Source of the DNA: an uncultured Gemmatimonadota bacterium | GTDB lineage: Bacteria > GCA-2686955 | Direction of reading: 5' to 3' | Assembly (NCBI GenBank): GCA_964490075.1 | Contig: CAZBBK010000062.1 | Location: 1-37,432, forward strand | Length of the DNA: 37,432 nt | In this document: positions 18,173-29,900 of the stretch, in pieces | How the letters are laid out: the number at the start of each line of letters is the position of its first letter | Position numbering within the stretch: the first letter of the stretch is position 1 | Notes under the pieces: model-generated | Seen by the model: only the letters and a program-made list of their open reading frames with translations | Database searches by the model: none | Told to the model about the DNA's origin: nothing | Program-made: the position numbers and the translations under genes

Positions 18173-19543
18173 ATGAGTCCGGCCACCGACCCCGAAGATC
18201 GATCCGCGATCGTCGTCTCGGCGGAAGATCTGCTGCCGAGCTTCCATGCCGCTCTGCGCGCCGAGCCCGAGTGGGGACTCGGGGTCGAGTACGAGCGCCT
18301 GCCGGTCGACGGCGAGAGCGGGGCGGCGCGGGCCTACCACGGACCCGGAGGGGTGGCCGGGGCGCTGGAGTCTCTGCAGAAAGTCGGTTGGCGCAAGGAG
18401 ACGATCGGCGGCGGCGATCCGCTCCTGGTGCACCGCGACGGACTCGGCACCCTGACCTGCGAGCCCGGGGGCCAGCTCGAGCTCTCGGGTGCGATCGTCG
18501 CCGACGTGCACCAGGCGTGCGCGCAGATGGAACGTGAGCGAGCGCTCCTGGTCGACGCCACACGCGCCAGCGGCATCGCCTGGATCGGCGTCGGCTTCCA
18601 CCCCTTCAGCCCGCTCGACGAAGTCCCCTGGGCGATGAAGCCGCGCTACGGGGTGATGAAGCCCTACCTGGCGGGCCGCGGGCGGCTCGCCCACGCCATG
18701 ATGAAGCAGACCGCCACCGTGCAGACCAACCTCGACTTCGACTCCGAGGAGGACATGGCGGAGAAGTTCCGCGTGGCGTCGTGGGCCACTCCGCTGCTGG
18801 TGGCGCTCTTCGCCAACTCCCCGCTGGTGAAAGGGCGCCCGAGCGGCGCGCTCAGCACCCGCAGCCTGGCCTGGCGCGAGACCGACGCCGATCGCTGCGG
18901 CTTCGTGCGCCGCGGCTTCGAGCCCGACTTCTGCTTCCGCGACTACCTGGAGTACCTGCTCGACGTGCCGATGTTCTTCGTGGTGCGCCAGGGTCGTTAT
19001 CTGCCGATGACCGAATACACCTTCCGGCGCTTCATGACCGAGGGTCGGGACGGCGATCGTCCGACTCTGGCGGATTGGGATCTCCACAAATCGACCGTAT
19101 TCCCAGAGGTGCGCCTGCGCGGTCCGCTGGAGGTGCGCGCCGCCGACGCCCAGTCGCCGGAGCTGGCGCCATCGGTGGTCGCCCTCACCTGCGGGCTGCT
19201 CTACGACGCGCCCAGCCGGGCCGCGTTGCTCGACCTGGTTGCCGACATCAGGGTCCGCGACATCGATCGACTGCTGGTCGACGCCGCCCGTTTCGGTCCC
19301 GAGGCACGCGCGGGCCGCGACCGTCTGGGCGACCTCTTCCCCGACCTGATCGCCATCGCCCGGCGAGGGCTACAGGCACGCTCGCGACTCGATGAGCGCG
19401 GGGCCGACGAAGGGATCTACCTGGAGCCGCTCGAGGAGCTGGTGTGTGAGCGGGGATTGGTGCCCGCGACCGAGCTGCTGCGGCGCTGGGAGGGGGAATG
19501 GCGGCGCAATCCGCGGGCCCTCGTCAACGCCTATCGTTTCTGA
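18173..19543 (+). CDS. gshA: Glutamate--cysteine ligase (GCS2, plant/alphaproteobacterial type)
   Basis: GVEYE, EPGGQLELSG, KPRYGVM..YL, MMKQTATVQTNLD, ALFANSP, W..TD.DRCG, STVFPEVRL and EVRAAD. Start uncertain (18140 possible). Confidence 0.88.
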   Translation: MSPATDPEDRSAIVVSAEDLLPSFHAALRAEPEWGLGVEYERLPVDGESGAARAYHGPGGVAGALESLQKVGWRKETIGGGDPLLVHRDGLGTLTCEPGGQLELSGAIVADVHQACAQMERERALLVDATRASGIAWIGVGFHPFSPLDEVPWAMKPRYGVMKPYLAGRGRLAHAMMKQTATVQTNLDFDSEEDMAEKFRVASWATPLLVALFANSPLVKGRPSGALSTRSLAWRETDADRCGFVRRGFEPDFCFRDYLEYLLDVPMFFVVRQGRYLPMTEYTFRRFMTEGRDGDRPTLADWDLHKSTVFPEVRLRGPLEVRAADAQSPELAPSVVALTCGLLYDAPSRAALLDLVADIRVRDIDRLLVDAARFGPEARAGRDRLGDLFPDLIAIARRGLQARSRLDERGADEGIYLEPLEELVCERGLVPATELLRRWEGEWRRNPRALVNAYRF

Positions 19544-19702
19544 CATCCTGCCCCTCGGGACCCGATCTCGATGGTGAGCGGGTCCCCCACGAAGGCTGCC
19601 GCGGCTGATCTTCGATCAAGGAACGGGCCGTATTTCCGAATCCTTGGACACAGACCGCGCGCGGCCGAAGAGCGGCCCGCCCTACGGATGGAGACCCGAG
19701 CC

Positions 19703-21754
<2,052 letters not shown>

Positions 21755-21788
21755 CGCCAGCCGGTCGCGGCCGGAGCGCGGAGGAACC

Positions 21789-22892
21789 ATGGCTTCGAAA
21801 ATCGAACGAGATGCCGCCCGGTTCCGTCATATCGTCAAGGGGCGCATTCGCAAAGAGCTCAAGCGCTACATGAGCCAGGGCGAGCTCTTCGGCAAGAAGG
21901 GCAAGGACGTGGTCTCGATTCCGCTGCCGGAGATCGACATACCGCGCTTCCGCTTCGGCACCGGCGGCTCCGGAGGAGTGGGCCAGGGAGAGGGTGAGCC
22001 CGGACAGCCGATCGGCCCCGGGGAAGGGACCCAGCCGGGACCGGCCGGCGAGGACGAAGGACAGCACGTTCTGGAGGTCGATGTCTCTCTGGAAGAGCTG
22101 GCCGAGATCCTGGGAGAGGAGCTCGAGCTGCCGCGCATCGAGCCCAAAGGGGCGCGTACCATCACCTCGACCCATCGTCGTTACAGCGGCATTCGCCGGG
22201 TCGGTCCCGAGGGCTTGCGTCATTTCAAGCGCACCTACCGTGAGGCGCTCAAACGCCAGATCATGGCGGGCACCTACGATCCCAGCAAGCCGGTCTTCAC
22301 GCCCACCAGAGAAGATCGCCGCTACCGATCCTGGGTCGATGTGGTGAATCCCGAGTTCAATGCCGTCATCGTCTACATGATGGACGTCTCGGGCTCGATG
22401 GGAGATGAGCAGAAGGAGATCGTGCGCATCGAGAGCTTCTGGATCGACACCTGGCTTCGATCCCAGTACAAGGAGCTCGACACGCGCTACATCATTCACG
22501 ATGCGGTGGCTCACGAGGTCGATCGACACACGTTCTTTCACACCCGCGAGTCCGGCGGAACCAGGATCAGCACGGCCTACAACAAGGCGGTCGAGATTCT
22601 GGATGCGAGCTATCCCGCGCAAGACTGGAATACCTACCTGTTCCATTTCTCCGACGGCGACAACTGGGGCGGCGGCGACACCGAGGCCTGCCTGGAGGTG
22701 CTGAGCGGCCGCCTGGTTCCCGATGCCAACCTGTTCGGTTATGGACAGGTGCAGTCCCCGTACGGCTCGGGCCAGTTCATCAAGGACCTCAGGCGCCGTT
22801 TCTCCAGCGACGAGAGGGTGATCCTGAGCGACATCCAGGGAAGAGATGGTATTCACGGCTCCATCAAGGAGTTCCTGGGAAAGGGCAAGTGA
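21789..22892 (+). CDS. yeaH: YeaH/YhbH (DUF444) vWA-domain protein
   Basis: Gly-rich [30 protein letters not shown] (MIDAS), ESGGTRIS and HFSDGDNW. Confidence 0.93.
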   Translation: MASKIERDAARFRHIVKGRIRKELKRYMSQGELFGKKGKDVVSIPLPEIDIPRFRFGTGGSGGVGQGEGEPGQPIGPGEGTQPGPAGEDEGQHVLEVDVSLEELAEILGEELELPRIEPKGARTITSTHRRYSGIRRVGPEGLRHFKRTYREALKRQIMAGTYDPSKPVFTPTREDRRYRSWVDVVNPEFNAVIVYMMDVSGSMGDEQKEIVRIESFWIDTWLRSQYKELDTRYIIHDAVAHEVDRHTFFHTRESGGTRISTAYNKAVEILDASYPAQDWNTYLFHFSDGDNWGGGDTEACLEVLSGRLVPDANLFGYGQVQSPYGSGQFIKDLRRRFSSDERVILSDIQGRDGIHGSIKEFLGKGK

Positions 22893-22895
22893 AGC

Positions 22896-24380
22896 GTGAT
22901 TCGAGAGGCGTTTCCCAGCGACCTGAAGGCGGCCAAGTACCGGATCCGTGAGATCGTCGAGCGCGCCGGGCTGGACGCGTTCGAGATCATTTTCGAGGTG
23001 CTCGACTACAAGACCATCAATGCCGTCGCCGCCTACCAGGGATTTCCCACTCGCTACCCGCACTGGCGCTGGGGAATGGACTACAATCGTCTGGCCAAGG
23101 GGCATAGCTACGGACTGCAGACTATCTACGAATTGGTGATCAACAACGATCCCTGCTATGCGTATCTGTTGCAGTCGAACGACATGATTACCCAGAAGAT
23201 GGTCATGGCGCACGTCTACGGCCACTGCGACTTCTTCAAGAACAACATGTGGTACGCGCACACCAATCGCAAGATGATGGACGAGATGGCGAATCACGCC
23301 TCGCGAGTGCGCTCGCTGATGGGGAGACACGGGCAAGACAAAGTAGAGGAGTTCATCGACGTCTGTCTGTCGCTCGAGAATCTGATCGACGTGCACAGCG
23401 GTGGAATTCGTCGCAAGGCGCAGCAGGGCGGGCCCAAAGGGGAGCGCGGCAAGGATGGTGTGCCGCGGCTCAAGGCCAAGTCGTACATGGAGGACTACAT
23501 CAATCCGCCGGAGTTCCTGGCTTCGCAGCGGGCGACATTGGCCGGCGAGGAGGCGAAGGCGAGGAACTTCCCGCGTGAGGCGGCGCGCGACGTGATGGAG
23601 TTCCTCATCGAGCACGCGCCGCTGGAGAGCTGGCAGAGAGAGATCTTGGCGATGGTGCGCGAGGAGGCTCTGTACTTCGCGCCGCAAGCTCAGACCAAGA
23701 TCATGAACGAGGGTTGGGCGTCGTACTGGCACAGCACGCTCATGACCGATGAGATCCTCGACGACAGCGAGGTGGTCGACTACGCGCAGAAGCACGCCGG
23801 CGTAACCGCCAGCTCGGGGCGCCAGCTGAACCCTTACAAGATGGGCATCGAGCTCTTCCGCGATATCGAAGATCGATGGAATCGTGGCCGCTTCGGGGCC
23901 GAGTACCAGGCCTGTGACTCCTTCGAAGAACGGAAGTCCTGGGATCGGGAGCTGGGCCTGGGGCGCGAGAAGATCTTCCAGGTGCGGCGACTCTACAACG
24001 ACGTCACATTTATACACGAGTTCCTGACCGAGGAGTTCTGTCGTCGCAACAACTTCTTCAGCTTCTCCTACAATTCCTCGGCGGAGCGCTACGAGATCGA
24101 ATCGCGGGAGTTCCAGCAAATCAAGAAGAGACTGCTCTTCTCGCTGACCAACATGGGCAACCCGCTGATCGACGTGGTAGACGCCAACTACAAGAACCGC
24201 GGCGAGCTCTTTTTGCGCCATCGCTTCGAAGGCACGGTGCTCGACATGGAGAAGGCCAAGGCGACGCTGAAGAACCTGTCTCGGGTCTGGAGCCGCCCGG
24301 TGCACATCGCTTCGCGCAACGAGAAGAAAGAGTTCGTGCTCAGCTGCGAGGACGAGGAGATTACAGAGTCGAGCGCTTGA
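22896..24380 (+). CDS. spoVR: SpoVR/YcgB family protein
   Basis: [53 protein letters not shown] and LNPYKMG. Confidence 0.95.
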   Translation: MIREAFPSDLKAAKYRIREIVERAGLDAFEIIFEVLDYKTINAVAAYQGFPTRYPHWRWGMDYNRLAKGHSYGLQTIYELVINNDPCYAYLLQSNDMITQKMVMAHVYGHCDFFKNNMWYAHTNRKMMDEMANHASRVRSLMGRHGQDKVEEFIDVCLSLENLIDVHSGGIRRKAQQGGPKGERGKDGVPRLKAKSYMEDYINPPEFLASQRATLAGEEAKARNFPREAARDVMEFLIEHAPLESWQREILAMVREEALYFAPQAQTKIMNEGWASYWHSTLMTDEILDDSEVVDYAQKHAGVTASSGRQLNPYKMGIELFRDIEDRWNRGRFGAEYQACDSFEERKSWDRELGLGREKIFQVRRLYNDVTFIHEFLTEEFCRRNNFFSFSYNSSAERYEIESREFQQIKKRLLFSLTNMGNPLIDVVDANYKNRGELFLRHRFEGTVLDMEKAKATLKNLSRVWSRPVHIASRNEKKEFVLSCEDEEITESSA

Positions 24381-24437
24381 CGCGGGCGCGTGGAGCCATT
24401 AGCTTGGCGGCCGCCATCGAATCACCATGGAGGCCCC

Positions 24438-24563
24438 GTGCCCGCGCGCCGCTACGGAAATCTTCTCTTCGCCATGTTCATGGTCTGCGCCGTGGGTCTC
24501 ATGCTCTGGGGGGGATCCCGATCGATCGAGCCATGGCCGGCAGTCGAAATCTCGGTCGAGTAG
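24438..24563 (+). CDS. Small 41-aa single-TM protein (not in ORF track)
   Basis: GGAGG at 24429-24433 before GTG 24438. Translation MPARRYGNLLFAMFMVCAVGLMLWGGSRSIEPWPAVEISVE*. Confidence 0.5.
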   Translation: MPARRYGNLLFAMFMVCAVGLMLWGGSRSIEPWPAVEISVE

Positions 24564-25696
24564 CGAACCGGGCTCGTCGCGCACTGATCGGCATGCTGGT
24601 GCTGGCGGGCGCCTGCGGCCCGAGCGAGGTCTCGAAGGGGCGCCGTGTCGAGCTGGTGGAGCTCGAATCGGTCGATATCGTGCGGCGGCTGCGCGAGACC
24701 GGAACGGTGGCGGCGCGTGCGCTGGTGCCGGTGCGGGCGCCTCTGGGGGGCACCGTCATCGCCTTGGCGGCGCGCGAGGGCGAGCGGGTCGCCGCCGGTG
24801 AGGTGCTGGCCACGGTCGAGCTCGAACCGGCGGAGCGGATTCGCTACCTCGGCACCCGCGTGACGGTTCTGCAAGACAGCCTCGCCCTGGCCGGCGCCGT
24901 GGAGGAGCAGACCCGCAAAACGCGGCTGGCCGGCGAAGGCCGGGTCTCCGAGATGGAGCTGGAGCTGGCCGCCGCCGAGGTAGAGGTGCTGCGCGCCAAG
25001 CTGGAGCTGGGCCGCGTCCAGCTGCGGGCGATCGAGGGCCAGAGCGGCGGCGCGCGCAGGGTGCGCGAAGGGCGGGCCGATCTGTTGGCCCCGATCGACG
25101 GGACGGTGCTGCGGCGCTCGGTGGAGGTCGGCGAGGTCGTCGCCCCGAAGGCGGGGGTCGTCGGGGCCGGTCGCGAGCTCTTCCTGATCGGCGACATCGA
25201 TCCCCTGGAGGTCCATTGTCGTGTCGATCAGGCCGACGTGCGGCACGTGCGCCTGGGAGCGGCGGTGCGGGTGAGGGTCGACGCTCTGCCGGAAGCGCCC
25301 CTGAGCGGCGTCGTCGGGCATCTCTCCCCGGCCGCGGTCGACGCGCGCGACGGCGGCGAGCGGGTGGAATTCGAGGCCAGGATCGACCTCGTCGATCCGC
25401 CGGCCGAGGTGCGGCCGGGGATGACCTGCCGCATCGACCTGGTGCTGGCCGAAGCCCATGGGGTGCCCGGACTGCCGGTGGAGTCGGTGCGCGCCGTCGC
25501 CAGCGGCGGTTGGGAAGTCGTGCTGCCCGAGAGCGGGGGAACGGTGGCGGTCGAGCTGGGGCTGCGCGACGAGCATCGAGTGGAGATCAAGTCCGGCCTG
25601 TCCGTGGGGGACCGGGTGGTGCGCTACCCGGTCGGATCGGCGCGCGGCCCCGACCTTCCGGACTCCGCATTGCTGGGGCGGGTCGGCGCCGGATGA
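24533..25696 (+). CDS. Efflux periplasmic adaptor (MFP, MacA/HlyD-like), probable lipoprotein
   Basis: Lipobox-like LAGAC, biotinyl-lipoyl halves (GTVIALAAREGERVAAG; APIDGTVLRRSVEVGEVV), coiled hairpin, RPGMT and GLSVGDRVV. Start uncertain. Confidence 0.85.
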   Translation: MAGSRNLGRVANRARRALIGMLVLAGACGPSEVSKGRRVELVELESVDIVRRLRETGTVAARALVPVRAPLGGTVIALAAREGERVAAGEVLATVELEPAERIRYLGTRVTVLQDSLALAGAVEEQTRKTRLAGEGRVSEMELELAAAEVEVLRAKLELGRVQLRAIEGQSGGARRVREGRADLLAPIDGTVLRRSVEVGEVVAPKAGVVGAGRELFLIGDIDPLEVHCRVDQADVRHVRLGAAVRVRVDALPEAPLSGVVGHLSPAAVDARDGGERVEFEARIDLVDPPAEVRPGMTCRIDLVLAEAHGVPGLPVESVRAVASGGWEVVLPESGGTVAVELGLRDEHRVEIKSGLSVGDRVVRYPVGSARGPDLPDSALLGRVGAG

Positions 25697-26934
25697 GATC
25701 GGTTCTTCTGGGGATCCGCCTGGGCCTCTCGGAGATCGCGGCGCACCGCTTTCGCAGTGCTCTGTCGATGCTCGGCATCGTCATCGGCGTGGCCGCGGTG
25801 ATCGCCGCGGTGTCGATCGGCGAGGGGATGCGCGACTCCGTCATCTCGCAGTTCGGCGAAATCGGCGCCGCCGACCAGGTGGCGGTGCGCGGCGAGCCGC
25901 GCTGGGTGAAGCGCGGCGGAGACTGGAAGCGCAACCTGGTGCCCGAACAGCTGAGCTGGGAAGACGAGCGCGACATGAGCGGCAATCGCGCCGGTGGTCG
26001 GGTCCTGTCCGTGCTGCCCGAGGTCAGCGGCAGCGTCGGCGCCAGCGCCGGCAGGGTGGGGCGTGCGGTCTCCTACATGGGGCTGCGGGCCGGCGCGGTC
26101 GAGGCCCGCAAGTGGCGCCTGGCCGCGGGCCGCGGGCTCGTCGAGCTCGACGCCGGAGAGCCGGTCTGCCTGATCGGCTCGCGCATCGTCGCCGATTTCT
26201 TCGGCGGATGCGAGGCGCGCTCGGCGATCGGTCGCGAGCTGCGCCTGGGCGGGCTGCGCATGGTGGTCGTGGGAGTGCTCGAGGAGCAGGGGGCCAGCCT
26301 CTTCCAGGACACCGACGACCTGGTCATCGTACCGATCGAGACCGCCCAGACCCGGCTCAGCAGGTCGGAGCATCTCTCGCGCATCGTGCTGCAGCTCCGG
26401 CGCCCGGAGGACGCACCGGAGGTGGAGCGTTGGGTGCGCACGATTCTGGTCGCCAATCATGCGGGGGGCGAGAACTTCCGGGTCGATCGCGAGGAGGCGA
26501 TTCTGGAGCGGATCGCCGACGTGACGCTCTTGATCAACCTGACCCTGGGCGGCATCGCCGGCATCTCGCTCCTGGTCGGCGGAATCGGGATCATGAACAT
26601 CATGCTGGCGTCGGTGACCGAGCGCACCCGCGAGATCGGCATTCGCAAAGCGATCGGCGCCGCCGATCGCGATGTGCTGGCGCAGTTCCTGATGGAGGCG
26701 GCGACCGTGACCGTGATCGGCGGGTTGATCGGCGCGCTGGCCGGCATGGGACTCGGGCGCGGCGTGGCGCGCGTCATCACTTTGGCCCTGGCCGAGCCGG
26801 TGGTGCCGAAGTTCTCGGCTGTGGTGCTGCTGCTGGCGGTACTCTTCAGCGGGGGCGTCGGGCTCTTCTTCGGGATCATGCCCGCGCGGCGCGCGGCGTC
26901 CATGGATCCGATCGAGTCCCTGCGAACCGAATAG
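25693..26934 (+). CDS. ABC transporter permease, MacB/FtsX family
   Basis: RSALSMLGIVIGVAAVI, SLLVGGIGIMNIMLASVTERTREIGIRKAIGA and PARRAASMDPIESLR. ATGA overlap with the adaptor. Confidence 0.93.
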   Translation: MRSVLLGIRLGLSEIAAHRFRSALSMLGIVIGVAAVIAAVSIGEGMRDSVISQFGEIGAADQVAVRGEPRWVKRGGDWKRNLVPEQLSWEDERDMSGNRAGGRVLSVLPEVSGSVGASAGRVGRAVSYMGLRAGAVEARKWRLAAGRGLVELDAGEPVCLIGSRIVADFFGGCEARSAIGRELRLGGLRMVVVGVLEEQGASLFQDTDDLVIVPIETAQTRLSRSEHLSRIVLQLRRPEDAPEVERWVRTILVANHAGGENFRVDREEAILERIADVTLLINLTLGGIAGISLLVGGIGIMNIMLASVTERTREIGIRKAIGAADRDVLAQFLMEAATVTVIGGLIGALAGMGLGRGVARVITLALAEPVVPKFSAVVLLLAVLFSGGVGLFFGIMPARRAASMDPIESLRTE

Positions 26935-26957
26935 AACGACCAGCGGAGGAATGACGG

Positions 26958-29900
26958 ATGGCTGACGGGCGAGGAGGCGAGCGAATGGGCCGGCTGCGTG
27001 GGGCGCTGGAGCAGATGCGGTGCGTCTTCGCGCCGATGGTCGCCGCACTGGCCCTGGGCTCGACCGCCGCGGCCGACCGGCTCTGGCTGGTTTCCGATCT
27101 CGCTCTGCTCGATGGGGCGCTGCCGAAATCCGACGGAGCGACTTTCAAGGTCGAGGTGCGGGCGCCCAATCACCCTTCGGCCGAGAAGATCCTGGCAGAG
27201 ACCATCACCGAGCCCGGCTGGCATCCGGTGGCGGCGGAGCTGAGCCGCTGGCAGGGCCGGCCGATGCGGCTGCGCCTGATCGTGTCTCCGGGGCCGCGCA
27301 ACGCGGCGAACTTCGATTTCGGCGCCTGGGGACGGGCGCGGATCGTTCGAGTGCCGGACCAGTGGGAGGGGGAGGGAACCCCGCCCAGGGAGGAACTGAT
27401 TCACGATCTCGTGGAGCTGGCGATCGAGGCGGAGACCGGGGTCGGTGCTCGGAAGTTGGAGCTGAGTCCCGCGTCCGGCCGCGGGGTTTTCGATGCCCAC
27501 CGGTCGCCGGGCGGTCGTACGCTGGGGACCGAGAACATCGCCGGCGGGGTCTCGCAGCCGGCGATCTACCACCACCCGGCCTTTCGCACCCCGGCGCCTT
27601 CCTGGGGCGAGTGGCGTTTCGATCTACCGGTCGTTCACGACATCTCGGTCGCCTGGTTGGATGCCGTTCCCACCGGTGCCGAGGAGCAGGGGGTCGACTT
27701 CTCGATCCGCAGCCGATCCCCCTGGGCCGGCCGCTCGCCGATCGTGCTGAAGATCCTCAAGCTGAACCGGGATTTCGATCTACTGGAGACCGAGCTGACC
27801 CTGGCCCCGGGTGAGCAGGTCCACACCCTGCACTGGCCGGCGGAGGGTGCGAAGGCCGGCAACTACACCTTCGAGCTGGACATGGGCCAGATGGGTCGCA
27901 CCCGGGGGAAGTTCTACCTCGACTACGCCTTGCGCGACGAAGCCGAGGCGATCGAGCTGCCCGCCGGGGGTGGGGTCTGGCTCGCTTTCTGGACCGCTCT
28001 GTCCGACGGTGCGCTGCCGGTCTCCAACGGCGTGGAGTTCCAGGCCGCGGTCCGCGAGTCGCGCTTCGAGCGCGGAGCCGCGCGAGAGATCCACCGCGTG
28101 GTGGCGCGCGCCCCGGGATGGACCCCGGCGGTGCTCGATCTGGGCGATTACGCCGGGCGCGAGATCACTCTGACCCTGACCGTCGATCCGCTCGGTTCGG
28201 GGAACAAGGACTGGGCGGTTTGGGGGCAGCCGATGATCGTCGCTGCTCCGGACGGGCACGTCGGCGGAGCGTACGATCCGGGCGCGCCCGAATGGTCCGA
28301 TGTCGCCTTCATCGATCTGCTCGAGGTCGACCCGGTGGCAACCGGGATTCAGGAGCGCGATGTCGACCTGGCGTCGCCGAACAAGCAGAACCGCGGCGCG
28401 GTGTTCCATCCCCGGTGGGGACTGAAACGGCGCCAGACCAGCTCACTGCACCGCAGCGCCGGCATCGGGCGCAAGGGAATCTTCCACCACCCGGCCTTCG
28501 AGCTCAGACCGCAGCTCTCGTGGGCGGAGTTGACCGTCAAGGTGCCCACCACCCGACCTTTCCACGTCCATCTCGAGGTTCCCGATCGCGATGTCTACGA
28601 CAGCGAGCGCTTTCCGATCACGCCGGTGATGATCGCCAAGGACCAGGCCCGAGAGATCGACCTTGCGCTCAAGGTCTTTCGGGAGTCGGAGCCGGAGCCG
28701 GTGTTCGCGATCGAACGCGAGGTCGAGGTTCCCCTCGGAGAGACCCACCTGGCTCTCTTCTGGCCGACCTTCCGCGCCCCTGCCGGCGACTATCGGGTCG
28801 AGCTCGGGGTCGAGGAGGGGGGCGGAGCTCCTTTGCTCTACTCGGCACGGCTGCGCAAGCGCGGCGGGATCGGCTACCTGGAGTCCGTGCAGCTGGATCC
28901 GCTGCACCTGGCGATCGAGGCCGAGGATCTGGCCGGGGGCTCGTGGGCGCCGGCCGACCTCTGCGACACCTACTTCTCGGGCTTCGGCGGCAACTTCATC
29001 TCCGGCCAGCGCTGCCTGTCCCTGCCCCACTCACGTGCCGAGGGCGAGGCGCGCACCACGATCCAGGTCGAGCGGCCTTCCCGTTACCGGGTCTGGGTCC
29101 GCTACGAGGCCCCATCGGGCTTCGAGACCCGCTTCGGCATCCGGCTGGAGCAGAATGGCGAGGTCGTCTTCGACGAGGCCTACGGCGACTCGGACGCTCT
29201 GAAGCTCTGGCCCTTCGGCAATCACGACAACATCGAGGCGCGCCTGATCTCCGATCCCTGGTGGCCCTGGGGGGGCGGCGACAACATCGTCTGGCAGGGC
29301 CACGATTTCGATGCCGGCCTCGACGCCGGCAGCGCCGACCTGGTGCTCTACGGCCGAGACAACGGCTCGCTCGGGGCCGATCGAAATGTCGATGCGATCT
29401 TGCTCACCACGGTGCCAGAGATCGCACCGGTCAATCCATGGCTCCCCTACCTCGATGAGATTGCCAGCACGCGGCGAATGTTCCTGCGTCTGCGCAATCC
29501 GATCGGCGCCTCCGGCAAGATCGGTGTCACCGGACAGACCATGCTGCACCGCAATCCCTTCCTCAAGCGTCCCTGGGATCTGCGGCTGCCGATCGAGCTC
29601 GAGCCGGGCCAGCAGAGCGACTGGATCGCCCTCGGCCCCGATCTCGACACCACCGACGAGACCACCCTGCGCCTTTGGATCGACCACGACTCGCAAGAGC
29701 GCCCCCCCTCGCTCGAAGCCGATTTCTGCGCCACGAAAGGCACGACCCCCATCGAGCGGGTCGCCTGGTCCGGAGACCTTCGACCCCGCTCCGAGGTGCT
29801 TCTCAACATCCCGGCCCGCTACCCGCGCGAAGGTCGCGTGACCACCGGCGAAGAGGTGCTGGCGGAGCTGACCCAGGCGATCGGCGCGGCCTCCTTCCCG

